A stretch of 64,000 bases of DNA, taken from assembly GCF_006345805.1 (NCBI RefSeq), contig NC_042998.1, positions 83,390,001 to 83,454,000 on the forward strand, given 5' to 3'. Below the pieces are notes generated by a model that saw only the letters and a program-made list of their open reading frames with translations, was not told where the DNA came from and made no database searches. The position numbers and the translations under genes were made by a program. Numbering within the stretch: position 1 is the first letter of the stretch; each line of letters begins with the position of its first letter. Positions 37,858-49,261 of the stretch are shown here, one piece after another. This DNA comes from Octopus sinensis (taxonomy: Eukaryota).

Positions 37858-40800
37858 ATAGGGAGAATTAAAAAAAAAACAAAAGACGAAGACAGGTGGT
37901 GGAGGCAACAAACAGATGTATTAGTATAACACTCGGGAAGTGAAAAAGTCTTCAACGTTTCGAGCCTATGCTCTTCCACAGAAAGGAACGCAGAAAGAAA
38001 CAAGGAGAGAAAATAAAGAATGTGTAGTGGCTAGCAATCTATCATGGCGAATATATATATATATACACACATATATGTATATATACATACATGCATGCAC
38101 ACACATGTACAATGGACTTTTGTACAGTTTCTGTCTACCCCATTCACTCATAGGGCCTTGGTTAGCCTGGAGCTGTAGCAGGAGACACTTTCTCAAGCTG
38201 TTATGCAGTGGGATAGCCACTAGCATAGCTAGAGTGTGTGCTGCTCAGGGCAGTCCTTCCTTTTGGCACCCCTGGACCCCACAAAAGACACATATTGCTT
38301 ACTGCATACCCATAAGACCCCCCTCCCCAGCTGTGCTAGTGGAGATAGCATGTGGTTGCAGACAGATCATCATAACCACACAGGTATGATTGCACCTTAA
38401 TGTGTGAGAGAGTCTGTATATACTATGCAAGATGGACAGAAAAAATACACTTCAAGGCCCCACTCAAAGCCTCACTGAAGAGCTTTGAGATCAATCCCAC
38501 CCCTGGGAAACGGAAGCACAAGACCTCCCTGCCTAGTAAAGCTGCACCAACAGAATAGGATTGCAGGGACACAAAGAAAATGTAAACTATGTAAGTTCAG
38601 TGTTGACTCTTTGCCTTCAGTCCCAACAGACCACCTGTGCCCTACCTGTGGCAGAACCTTCCGAGCATGCATCAGATTGATTGGCCACAGCTGGGCACAC
38701 CATGACCTGTTGCCTTCTCTCATGTGATGTCATTGATCGGTGTTGACGATGACAGACAAACTGAAAAAAAAACATACCATTGTTAAAATAAGCTGCATCG
38801 GTTTACATCTCAGTTAACTTAGCTGTTCGATAAACAGTGATTAATGGGATAGGTTCTGGGGTCAATATGATTGATTGAAAACTCTTTAAGGCCATGCCTC
38901 AACATGACTGTGGTTTAGTAAAATAATACATGCTGGTGGCATGTAAAAAGCACTGTTCAAGCATTGAGCCTCGTAGAGGCAATGACAGGTGACCGAGACC
39001 ATTGGTGATACACCATGCTTTTGTAGACCTGTCAAGCCGAGACCATAGTCGTGGTCGATGCCGGCGTCAGGTTAATGGCATCCATGCCAGTGGCATGTAT
39101 AAAACACCCACTACACTCTCAGCGTGGTTGGCATAAGGAAGGGCATCCATCCATAGAAACTTTGCCAAATCAGATCAGAACCTGCAGCCACACCGGCTTA
39201 CCAGTTTTCATTCAAACTGTCCAACCCATGCCAGCATGGAAAATAGACATTAAATGATGATGCTGATGAGGATGATGATAAAACCAAATTGAATCATTGT
39301 TTGAAACTTCATCTTTTATTCTCCATTCTGTCTTCACATCCTTTTTCACTTTTTGTGTTTTTCTATTTCCAGTTAATTTCCTTGATGAAGATCTGTTTTT
39401 ACTGCTACAGTCCGTTGTTGTAAGTTGGAAGTTTACCATTTCTCATATCTTAGGCAATAACAAAGATATTAAGAGAGAGAGCAATCTGGAATCTTTTTGT
39501 TATCTAATCATTAAAACCTTTTTAACCCATCCATATTGGAACCCCTTTGATGTCTCTTCTATTCTGATGGACCCTCTGAGCCATTCAATGTTTAAAAATT
39601 CCTATTATGTTTTTATAATTAAATTTTATTAGGAATTACACAAAAATTATTATTAAAACATTTTGTATAGAAGTATAACCAATTTATTCTTTTACTTGTT
39701 TGACTGTGGCCATGCTAGTGCACCGCCTTTGGTCAAACAAATTGACCCCACGACTTATTCGTTGTAAGCCTGATATAGTAACCCCTTGCCATATCGTGGT
39801 TCACGTATCACGGTTTATTATTTAAGCTTACGTTGATTCCTCCATGGTGTTGTTTTGCATTTTTGATAAAATAACTATATACAAATTATAAAAATAATAA
39901 AATAAAATATACAGTACAGTATTGTTTCTACTTCGTGGATTTTCACCTATCGCAGTGGGGTGATGGTTTGGAATGTAACATCTATGATAGTCGAGTGATA
40001 ACTGTACTTATTCTATCAGTCTCTTTTGCCAAACTGCTAATTTACGGGGACATAAACACACCAACATCAGTTGTCAAGCAATGGTGGGAGGACAAACACA
40101 CAAATATATACATATATTTATATAATACTAAGCAATAAGGGTTTAGCAACGAGTTGCCTTACCACATACCGAATTTAGAAATAGCAGTCAAAGGGTTATA
40201 GCTATTTCTTCTACTAAAAAGGGAGATCTCAGTAAAAACAGCATTTGTTTTTACTGAGATCTCCCTTTTTAGTAGAAGAAATAGCTATAACCCTTTGACT
40301 GCTATTTCTAAATTCGGTATGTGGTAAGGCAACTCGTTGCTAAACCCTTATTGCTTAGTATTACTTAAATTTCCTCGAATGAGGCTTTTACATGCCGAAG
40401 ACTACTTGGTGTAATTGATAATTTTCCAAATTAATTAATTTCACCCTTCATTATTACGGATATACATATATTTATATATATATATATACGACAGGCTTCT
40501 TTCAGTCTCTATCTACCAAATCCACTCACAAGGCTTTGGTCAGCCCTAGGCTATAGTAGAAGACACTTGCCCAAGATGTCACACTGTGGGACTGAACCTG
40601 GAACCATCTGGTTGGGAAGCAAGCTTCTTACCACACAGCTACTCCTGTACATAAATTTACACATAAATTTTTTAAATGGAATCTTATGTGGACCTTTAAG
40701 GGCCATATGGACCCTGATTGAGAACCATTGAGCTAAATGGTACGAATCTATGGTGACAGATCAAATCCAAGTCAAAATTGTCTCATCTTGTTAAAATTCA

Positions 40801-41048
40801 TTGAAGAGAATAATGGGGAAAACACTGACAATTAATAATTTTGTTAATATATTGACTTCATGACCTAATTAAACACACTTCCTTTCATCTATCATCATGT
40901 TTCCTATTTCTAGATGGCGTGCCAGTCTCGAGATTTGGACTCTTTGAGGTCTCTGCAAGTGGAACTATGGCCGATGTTGTCATCAGAACAAAATCAACTT
41001 CTGCATCTCATCATTGAAGAATTGAATCAATTGAATTTTAGTCTTTAG
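14598..41048 (+). CDS. F8A1: Huntingtin-associated protein 40 (HAP40 / factor VIII intron-22 protein), 12 coding exons, 315 aa
   Basis: Exons 14598-14656, 18019-18065, 19975-20047, 22192-22351, 23213-23281, 24515-24577, 30781-30838, 32134-32196, 33340-33431, 37287-37368, 39373-39419, 40914-41048. All introns GT-AG, phases consistent, 948 nt. Diagnostic HAP40 motifs: [92 protein letters not shown]. Confidence 0.95.
18019..18065 (+). CDS. F8A1: HAP40 exon 2 ([16 protein letters not shown])
   Basis: TTTTAG acceptor, G|GTGAGT donor. Confidence 0.94.
19975..20047 (+). CDS. F8A1: HAP40 exon 3 ([24 protein letters not shown])
   Basis: Pyrimidine tract plus CAG, AG|GTAAGT. Confidence 0.94.
21431..21938. 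mobile_element. Inverted dimer of a tRNA-head/(AAT)n/hammerhead-like element
   Basis: Left arm 21431-21693 (minus) and right arm 21705-21938 (plus) are imperfect reverse complements centred on ACCACTATGCC-cactggcatat-GGCATAGTGGT. Confidence 0.8.
22192..22351 (+). CDS. F8A1: HAP40 exon 4 ([54 protein letters not shown])
   Basis: TTTCCAG acceptor, AGA|GTAAGG; lies within ORF 22160..22525. Confidence 0.95.
23213..23281 (+). CDS. F8A1: HAP40 exon 5 ([23 protein letters not shown])
   Basis: TTTTACAG acceptor, ATG|GTAAGG. Confidence 0.94.
24515..24577 (+). CDS. F8A1: HAP40 exon 6 ([21 protein letters not shown])
   Basis: TATAG acceptor, CAG|GTGAGT; HYQRAAEL motif. Confidence 0.93.
26480..27057 (+). 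mobile_element. RTE-LINE 3' fragment (last ORF codons plus 3' UTR)
   Basis: GATGAGGTGGTGAAGCACGACC...GAGAAGACCCGGCAAGTCAAGTGAGACC collinear with 36426-36545; (GAT)n tail. Confidence 0.85.
30235..30700 (-). mobile_element. SINE family A with expanded (TA)n
   Basis: Reverse complement of the 31534-31928 consensus. Confidence 0.82.
30781..30838 (+). CDS. F8A1: HAP40 exon 7 ([19 protein letters not shown])
   Basis: CTTTTCAG acceptor, A|GTAAGT. Confidence 0.93.
30959..31277. mobile_element. hAT-type MITE
   Basis: TIRs CAGTGGCAGACTGG / CCAGTCTACCACAG; 8-bp TSD CTTACAAT at 30951-30958 and 31278-31285; internal GGGGCCC motifs. Confidence 0.85.
31534..31928 (+). mobile_element. tRNA-derived SINE, family A (full-length; internal TA/TG microsatellite)
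   Basis: Head GGAGTGGCTGTGTGGTAAG (A-box like) and GGTTCGGTCCC (B-box like), body GGCACCTTGGGTAAGTGTCTTCTAC, end CAAATAACTGAAACAAGTAAAAGAG. Many other copies in the window. Confidence 0.85.
32134..32196 (+). CDS. F8A1: HAP40 exon 8 ([21 protein letters not shown])
   Basis: TAGAAG (NAGNAG) acceptor, G|GTAATA; DYDGAL motif. Confidence 0.93.
32429..32675 (+). mobile_element. Single arm of the tRNA-head/(AAT)n/hammerhead-like element
   Basis: Collinear with 21700-21938. Confidence 0.8.
32695..33287. mobile_element. Two tandem piggyBac-like MITE copies (~32695-32890 and 33066-33287)
   Basis: Shared body AAATATTCTA.CTGTTTTATGTT...CCAGATCCAACCTCTCACACCTACCCTA.AATGTCATTCTAAAA; termini TTAACCCTTTAGC and TAAAGGGTTAA (TTAA target). 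Confidence 0.65.
33340..33431 (+). CDS. F8A1: HAP40 exon 9 ([31 protein letters not shown])
   Basis: TTTTAAG acceptor, CAG|GTAAGT. Confidence 0.94.
34915..35311 (+). mobile_element. SINE family A, full-length, A-rich tail abutting the RTE LINE
   Basis: Collinear with 31534-31928. Confidence 0.85.
35312..37066 (+). mobile_element. 5'-truncated, decayed RTE-clade LINE: RT C-terminal half with PHD-type finger, plus 3' UTR
   Basis: Frameshifted RT motifs [26 protein letters not shown] and LYADDLVL, then [24 protein letters not shown] and MLHGSETWA. Followed by a 3' UTR of tandem GCCAGT..GTGCCGGTGGCACGTAAAAAGCACC units. Confidence 0.88.
37287..37368 (+). CDS. F8A1: HAP40 exon 10 ([27 protein letters not shown])
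   Basis: CTTTCAG acceptor; phase-1 donor A|GTTAGT is required to join exon 11. Confidence 0.92.
37861..38051 (-). mobile_element. ~190-bp repeat in (TA)n with a hammerhead-like motif (Penelope pLTR-like)
   Basis: Homologous to 63476-63667 and 53110-53205; minus strand CUUU-CUGUGGA-A-GAGC[auag]GCUC-GAAA-CGUU-GAAG. Confidence 0.6.
38400..38760 (+). mobile_element. BovB/RTE-1-like LINE 3' fragment with C-terminal C2H2 finger
   Basis: [25 protein letters not shown] and [21 protein letters not shown]. Confidence 0.7.
39373..39419 (+). CDS. F8A1: HAP40 exon 11 ([16 protein letters not shown])
   Basis: TTTCCAG acceptor, GTT|GTAAGT. Confidence 0.94.
39776..40004. mobile_element. Tc1/pogo (Tigger-like) MITE nested in a SINE
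   Basis: Imperfect TIRs TAGTAACCCCTTGCCATATCG / TGATAGTCGAGTGATAACTG with TA flanks; the SINE resumes collinearly (GTAAGCCTGATA|CTTATTCTATC). Confidence 0.65.
40123..40363. repeat. Perfect inverted repeat: 118-bp arms, 5-nt loop (GCATT)
   Basis: 40123-40240 is the exact reverse complement of 40246-40363 (checked base by base). Confidence 0.96.
40914..41048 (+). CDS. F8A1: HAP40 terminal exon ([44 protein letters not shown])
   Basis: TTTCTAG acceptor, TAG stop at 41046-41048. Confidence 0.93.
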   Translation: MACQSRDLDSLRSLQVELWPMLSSEQNQLLHLIIEELNQLNFSL

Positions 41049-41419
41049 TGGTGGTGGTCAGTCCGGTTGTTGATGGTCTCAGCAACTGGTCTCCTCTGTA
41101 AATTCGTTCATTGTGTATTGTGGTGTTGGGTGGAGATTGAGAGATGGGGATGGGGGGACAGGAGGGAAGGGGCACGGGTTACCTGTTGCAGTCTGCAAAT
41201 GGTGACAGACACAGCATTAACAACAACAACAGTAATAACAGTGGTAGAAACAAGGGAAAACAACAACAACAACAGTGGAAACAGCAGCAGCAAAAGCAAT
41301 AATGATAACAACAACAATAAACAACATATTGTGAAATCAGTAATTAATTTTGTAAACTTGTTGGGTTTTGGGGGGTTTTTTTTTCTTTAACTTGGTTGTC
41401 AGATTTATGGAAAACATTC

Positions 41420-42160
41420 AATCTTCAGTGGCACAGTGTTTTGGTGGCACAATATCTGTGATATAGTGTTTCAGTGTATAAGTGGCACAATATCAGTTCC
41501 AAAATTTTTTATGACTCAGTGGTACATTTTTCAGTGTCATATTGGTGCAATCATTGATACAATGGCAGTGCTGGTACTACAGTTTCTGTGTAACTCACTG
41601 GCACATGGATCCCACACCACGATGATACAGTGTCTTTGTGTCTCAATTATGACAGTGTCTTTGTGACTCAATAGCAGAATGTAAGTGTTTCTGTGTCTAA
41701 GGAAACAAGAGTCACTACTACAGTTGCTGTGTGACACGGTGGCACATTGTTTCGGTATCAGTATGACTCAGTGTTCAGTTCGTCGTAATTTCTGTGACAC
41801 AGTGTGCCTTAGCTGCACAGTGACACTAAATATGCAGTGTTGTATTTCAGTGGTGTAGTGTCCTAGTGACATAATGTCTGTCTATTTGACACAGTTACAT
41901 AGCATCTCAGTATATGTGTTGTATCATTGTGACACAATTATATAGTGTTTTTGGCACATCAGTGGTGTTTTATTGTTGTGACACAATTACATCGTGTTTC
42001 AGTATATATCTTGTTGTATGATCATGTGCCACTGTGTCCCACCCATGCAACCCATCGGAAAGTAGATGTTAAAGCAATAATGATGATGTCTATGTAACAC
42101 AATTTCCTTGTGACACAGTTACTTAGTGTTTCTGTATATATCTTGTTGCATTGTCATGTT
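41420..42160. repeat. Degenerate GTGACACAGT/CAGTG-rich tandem repeat downstream of the HAP40 stop
   Basis: Dozens of CAGTG/GTGAC(A/T)CA motifs; a second patch at ~42690-42880. Confidence 0.6.
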
Positions 42161-43009
42161 ATGTGTATCCTCGTTTATTAAGGGCTTTGGTTGAAAACAA
42201 CACTGTTATAAGTAAATCAGGGATAAATGAATCATTTCTGTGCATTTTGTAAATGGAACAAATGGTCATTCCATTGACACCAAACTTGTGGCCCACAGCA
42301 GTGAAGCTTCTATTGGCATGTATTTTTTTTTTTTCATCATCTCTACCTATTCCTGTCAAGAATACACCTGTCTGTGTCATTTACCAGGATCAGGCACCTT
42401 TGTACTTTTTCTATTTACTGGTCCCATGTTGATGGGTACAAGTATGTAAATCTGTATAAGAAATACTTGGCCTTGCAGCACAGTCTTGTAAACACAAGCA
42501 AAAGTCAGTGCATTCTGGGCAGCTGAACATTGTGGGTAGTCACTTGGGCATGTTTTTTGCAGTACAGGCTGATCATTGACCTATGTTATCAATGATCAGT
42601 CTGTGACAGGTGTAACAAGGTTTGCAATTGAGTGTACAGTATCATTCCTGGTCAGTAATGAATAAATCCGTGGTAAATGAGGCTACATGTATAATGTCTC
42701 TGTAACACTGTCTATGTGACATAATGTTTATGTGACACAGTCTCAACATATAAATAGTGTTATACTGTCGTGACTCAATATTCTGCATGAGACAATAACA
42801 CACTGTCTGTGTGATATAGGGATTACATGACATAGTCTATGTAACTAACAGTGTCATCTCTATGCCATGATATGTCAGTAGGTACCAGACATTATTCTAC
42901 TGACTCTCTCCACTCCTAGCATGGTACCCTATTGTCTGAAATAACGGGGTACCAAATTCTCTCCTAGACGTTGTGTTGTGATCTTAACCAAAACACTTTA
43001 CTTTAAACA

Positions 43010-43190
43010 TATACATCCCACCCTGTGTACATCCAGCCCTGTGTATATCTCCTTCAGTGTACATCTCACCCTGGGTACATTCCACCTTTGGTTCATATCA
43101 CACACTGTACATTCTACTTTGGGTACATTCCACCCTGAGTACATCCTACCCAGTGTACATACCACCCAGAGTATATCCTATCCAATTTAT
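43010..43190. repeat. Degenerate ~17-bp tandem repeat (GTACATYCCACCCTGGG-like)
   Basis: TACAT..CACCC motif recurs about 10 times. Confidence 0.65.
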
Positions 43191-43562
43191 TCAAAGATAA
43201 TGTATTCAATTATAACAATAAATGTCTTTGTTGTATTTATTTTGTTGTTGTTTTCTCTCTCTCTCTCTCTCTCTCCCCCCCTCTCTCCTTTTGATATTTA
43301 CTGTGTAGTTAAGCAGTTCTCTTAACAAGCTTATGCTTTCAGGTCCTGTCTTATTGCATGGCACTTGGGGCTAGAATACTATAGCCCTTGAGTCAACCAA
43401 TGCCTCCTGACTTAATTTGTGTGGAAGCCTATTGTGTATGTGTGTGTGTGCATGTGTTTGCCTCCCCACTCATGGCCACCAGTATAGGTTTTTGGGTGTT
43501 TTTTTACATCCCTGTAACTTCATTTCAGCAAAAAGTAGTAGTGGTAGTAGTAATAATAATAA

Positions 43563-43968
43563 TAAGCCGGGTATAGTTGTCAGAGATCACCAAGAAAAAA
43601 TGCTTTCTATTTGATGTATCAACACTAACAGATGACAATGATTCTCTAAAAGAAACAGAGAAACTTTCAAAATACAAAGACCTCAAAATAGAGGTAACTC
43701 AAATGTAGAGTCTAAAAACAGGAACAATTCCTATCATAGTAGGTGCATTAGGTATGATAAGAAATTATTCAGACAAATACATAACAAAAACACCAGGACT
43801 TATGAACGTATAAAACACAGAAAATAGCATTACTAGGCATTGCACACATCTTATGTTAAGCACTTTCAGTACAGTGAAAATAAGAGTTCCACAGCAAATA
43901 CCCAAGGCACACAGAGCTGTGCTTGGTAGCGCAGTGAAAGCATGTGATAAAAATAAAACTACTGAATA
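43563..43968 (+). mobile_element. 3' fragment of an R4/Dong-like (restriction-like endonuclease) non-LTR retrotransposon in (TAA)n
   Basis: Decayed PD-(D/E)xK-type endonuclease: KPGIVVRDHQEK/LFDVST..DDNDSLKETEKLSKYKDL.IEV..M*..PIIVGALG..QKIALLG.AHIL; TAA repeats on both sides. Confidence 0.78.
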
Positions 43969-46900
43969 ATAATGATAATAATGGTTTCAAATTTTGGCAC
44001 AAGGCCAGCAAGTTAGGATGTGCTGGTAAGTCGATTACATTAACCCCAGTCTTCAGCTGGTATTTATTTTATCAACCCCAAAAGGATGAAAGGCAAAGTC
44101 AACCTCAGCAGAATTTGAACTCAGATCTTGATGGACAAATTACTGGTTAATATTTTTCCCAGCATACTAACAATTCTGTCAGCTTGCCACCTTATAATAA
44201 TAATAATAATCCTTTCTACTAAAACCACAAGGCCTGAAATTTGTGGGGAGGGAACTAGCCAATTTAATTGACCCCTGTGTTTCATTAGTACTGAATTTAA
44301 CAACCCCGAAAGGATGAAAGGCAAAGTTGACCTTGATGGACATAATAATAATGATAATAATAATAATTGTTGCGAAGGCCACTGATTGATCGTTGACAGG
44401 GCCACTGACTGGCTCCCGTACCGGTGGCACATAAAAAGTGCAATCATTGACAGTATCACCTGACTGGCTCCTGTGCCAGTGGAACATAAAAAACACCATT
44501 TAAGCGTGGTCGTTGCCAGTACCGCCAGATTGGCTTCTGTACAGGTGGCACATAAAAAGCACCATTTGAGTGTGGCTGATGCCAGTGCTGCCTGACTGGC
44601 ACATAAAAGCACCCACTGCACTTTTGGAATGGTTGGCGTTAGGAAAGGCACCCAGCTGTAGAAACTTTACCAGATCAAATCGGAACCTGGTGCAGCCTTC
44701 TGGCTTGTCAAACCATCCAAGCCATGTCAACATGGAAAGCGGACATTAAATGATGAACTTATACCTTGCAGAGATGTACTTTAAGTCATCAGAAAAAAGT
44801 GATGAAAAGAAACAGAAAAGCTGACATAGAAGTCTAGTAAAGAAGGACAGCAATGAAAGCTAAAAAAAAAAAATACACAGTAGACAGAATTAAGAAAAAG
44901 ACAGAAAAGTGAAGAATGGAAGATTCCTAAGGAGGAAGGAGTGCATTGAGATATCAGGTGGAATGTTGTAGAATTTTAGGAAGCATGAGATCTTTTAAGG
45001 ATGCAGTGTCCAGAAATCACAGGTGTTGCGCTGTTCTTTTGATTTTGTAAGCACGTCCCCTTGTGGCAGCTATGTTGAATTCAAAATGGTGGCTAAAGTT
45101 GTTGGAAAGGTAACAAACAATCTTGGGCTTCGATCAAGTCAAATGCTAGGCATTGAAACTTTTTGTCGACTGTCAACACTCAGAAGCAAAACCTTCAAGA
45201 TATGGTATGTGACTGACAGAGGGTAAGTTTGGACAGAGAGTATACTGTTTCTCCCTCTTCATTCCTTCCTCCTTTCTTCTTTTCTTTCACTCCAAGTATC
45301 TCCCTTTTTTCCCTATCCTCCTCCTCCTCCCTCTCTCTCTCTCTCTCTCTCTTCCTCTCTCACATTCTCCAAGCTACCTCATAGCTGCTATGGTGGTGTG
45401 TGTGTGTGCATGTACACATGCACACACACAAGGTAATATTTCTCGCTGGCCAGACAAGTTCTCTCAGAATGTTGGAAATAAATGACACTGCTTATATGAC
45501 AGTGGTACTCATTTACAACAATTGTACAATGTCAAGACAAGGAGACACAAACAGATATACTCACACACACACATGACAAGCTTCTTTCAGTTTCCTTCTA
45601 TCAAATGTTGTTTACAAAGTACATAGCCATGTGGCTTAGTGGTTTGGGTATTTTGCTCATGAGTTCAATTCTTGGGGGAACACAATGTATTTTTGAATCA
45701 GACACTTTATTTCACGGTGATCCAGTCCACTCAACTGGTGAAAATGAGTCGTAACTTTAATTCAACAAAGGACCAGTCTTGTCAAATTCTGTGTCACACT
45801 GAATCTCCCAAAGAACTACTTTAACTGTATATATATATGTAGAGTACTCAGCCACTTGCATGGTAATTTCACAAGCAGGCTGTTTGTTCTGTTGACTAAA
45901 TCAAATGGAACTCTCGCTGTTGCAATTGACAGACTGCCAGTTATACTATGCAGCTTACATAATCTTTTGAGCTGTCACAGATGTATTAGCTCCATAGCTC
46001 TTTGATGATTATTATCATATCAGTATATAAATGGGGAGTGTTGTCTATAAATCCATTTATCTATATTCCATGAGGATGTGGTGGGACGCAGGGGGTGAGT
46101 TGGAGAAAAGAAATAATAGAATATGGCACCTGTCATTCATAAATCTTTAGATGAAGCTGACTGGGTTGTCATGGTCAATGAGAAATATAATCTACTGATC
46201 AGCTACATCAGATTTGGTCATTTAATTAGATTTAGTCATAAGAAATGATGGAGTGGGCGAGGTGGGAAGAGTAATGTTGTTTAGCCCCAGGTCAACCTGA
46301 TTGAGTAGACCTGTGATCAAAGGTTTTGTTGTTCAGCCCCAAGTCTGTCCTGATGAAGTGTATCTACAGCTAAATATATTGTGTAACCCAGGGCAGTTCC
46401 GATACAGTATAATTATGATTAAATGTTGTTTAACCCCAAGTCAGTCCTGATTGAGCATATCTGTGATAAAACATGTTACAGCCATGACCATCATCTCGTT
46501 TTGCATTGTCTAGTATATCCCTCCTCTTTTTTTAGGTAATAAGGTACGTTTGATGGAAATCATCTGTTATTTCTAACCTATCAAGTGATCAAATGGTTGT
46601 TACGATATCAACTCTAAAGGAAGGCGGCAAGTTGGCAGAAACATTAGCATGCCGAGCGAAATACTTAGCGGTATTTCGTTTGCTGTTACATCTTGAGTTC
46701 ATATTCTGCCAAGGTCGACTTTGCCTTTCATCCTTTCAGGGTCGATTAAATAAGTACCAGTTATGCATTGGGGTCAATGCAATCAACTTAATCCCTTTCT
46801 CTGTCCTTGTTTCTCCCCTTTATGTTTAGACCCTATAGGCAATAAAAAATAAATATTCGTTGGCTTTAAGGCAGTGGGTAGAATTGTTAGCATGCCAGAC

Positions 46901-47441
46901 AAAATGCTTAGCAGTATTTCATCTGCCATTACATTCTGAGTTCAAATTCCACCGAGGTCGTCTTTGCCTTTCATCCTTTCAGGGTCGATTAAATAAGTAA
47001 CAGTTACATACTGGGGTCGATCTAACCGATTTAATCCCTTTGTCTGTCCTTGTTTGTCCCCTGTATGTTTAGCCCCCTGTTGGCAATAAAGAAATAAAAA
47101 TATCAATTCTAAGTGAGGAGTAGTTATTTTATGTGGTTCAGTCTTAAAGTTACTTATGTAACATATGTGTAGGGATAGCTGTATGGTAAGAAGTTTGCTT
47201 CTCAACCACATGGTTCTGAGTTCAGTCCCACTGCATGGCACCTTGGGCAAGTGTCTTCTATTATGCCCTTGGGATGACCAAATCTTTGTGAGTGGATTTG
47301 GTAGATGGAAACTGAAAGAAACCCATCATATATATATATATATGCATTGGTGTTAGGAAGGGCATCCAGCTGTAGAAACATTGGCTCTCTAGACCTCAGT
47401 CAAACCGTCCAACCCATGCCAGTATAGAAAACGGACGTTAA

Positions 47442-47473
<32 letters not shown>

Positions 47474-49261
47474 ACATACATATAAATCTTTAATCTCTAT
47501 CTTTTACTTGTTCCAGTCATTTGACTGCAGCCATGCTGGGGAACCACCTTGAAGAAATTTCAGTTGAATGAATCAACCCCAGGACTTATTTTTTGTTGAG
47601 CCTGGTACTTACTCTTTTGATATTTTTTGCCGAACTGCTAAATCATGGGTACGTAGGCACACCAACACCAGTTGTCAAGCAATACCAGGAGACACACACA
47701 CACACACACATATATATGATGGACTTCTTTTCAGTTTCCATCTATCAAATCCACTCACAAGGCTTTGGTCAGCCCAAGGTTATAGTAGAAGACACTTGCC
47801 CAAGGTGCCACGCAGTGGGACTGATTCTAGAACCATGTGACTGGGAAGCAAGCATGTGTGTGTGTGTGTGTGTGTGTCTGTCTGTCTCTGTCCATGTTTG
47901 TCCCCCACCTTTACTTCAGAACTGGTATTGGGGTTTTTATGTCCCCATAACTTAGTAGTTCAGCAAAAAGAGACCAATAGAATAAGGAAGATGGTGGGGG
48001 CTGCACCAGCCCTTGACTGATACTAATCTGTAGTAGCATAAACTGGAGCAACATGAATCTGTTTATGGACATACTTGCTCCCCTGGTCTAGAACTGCACT
48101 CACTATGATCAGGGGCCCAATATTCTTTCCACTGGGTCATGTGCCTTCACTCAAAGCAGAAGAGAGTTTTGTCTTGAAAAAAAAGGAAGGACAAATTGGA
48201 TAAAAGAAACTCAGATATATTATCATCATTGTCATCATCATCCTCATCATCATCATTGTTTTAATGTCCACTCTTCCATGTTTGCATAGGTTGGTCAGAG
48301 TTTATTGGGGCAGATTTTCTTCTACAGCTTGATGCCCTTCCTGTTGCCAACCCTCATCTGATTCCAAGACAGATAATATTTCTCGCTGGCCAGACAAGTT
48401 CTCATAGAATGTTGGAAGTGAATGACACTGCTTATATGACAGTGGTACTCATTTACAACAATTGTACAAGACGAAGAGACACAAACACACACACACACAC
48501 ACACACACACCACACACACACACACACACATGACAAGCTTCTTTCAGTTTCCTTCTATCAAATCTGCTCACAAGGCATCGGTTGGCCTTGTGAGTTGACA
48601 CTTGCTCAAAATGCACACAGTAGGACTGAACCTGAAACCATGTTGTTGTGAAGCAATCTTTTTAACTACACTGTCATGTCTGCACCTGTGTCAAAAAAAA
48701 AGAAAACGAAAAACCAGATGAGATAGTCATGTGTGGATGCTTTTGATCATAGACTTTTTTCAGTCAGATTTGACTCAGAATTGAACTCCTACCATCATCA
48801 TCACAACCCCAAACTACCTGCTACAGATTACAGCTTGTGTTCAATAGTTTATTCACATGGCCATCACACCTCCCCCATATATTGGTTTCAAATTTTAGCA
48901 TAAAGCCAGCAATTTGGGGGGAAGGAAGTGTGACAGTTACTTTAACCTCAGTGCTCAAATGGTGTTTGTTTTATTGACCCGGAATGGATGAAAGGCAAAA
49001 TTGATCTTGGCAGAATTCAAACTCAGAACAAAAGACAGATGAAATACCACTAAACATTTTTGTCTGGCATGTGAACAGTTCTGCTAGCCTCCACCCTACC
49101 TCCTCCATATCATCATCAACATCATCTTCACTATCATTATCATTTAATGTCCGTTGTCCATACTGGCATGGGTTGGAAGGTTTGACCAGAGCACAAGGCC
49201 TGATATTTGGGGGGAGGGAGCTAGTCAATCAGATCGACCCCAGTACATAACTGGTACTTAA

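Noticed and set aside
45431-48560. Near-identical ~150-bp segments at 45431-45605 and 48372-48560 as a segmental duplication
   Set aside because: Both are pieces of a dispersed SINE-associated repeat also seen at ~15680-15800 and 22610-22700; cannot be distinguished from ordinary TE copies
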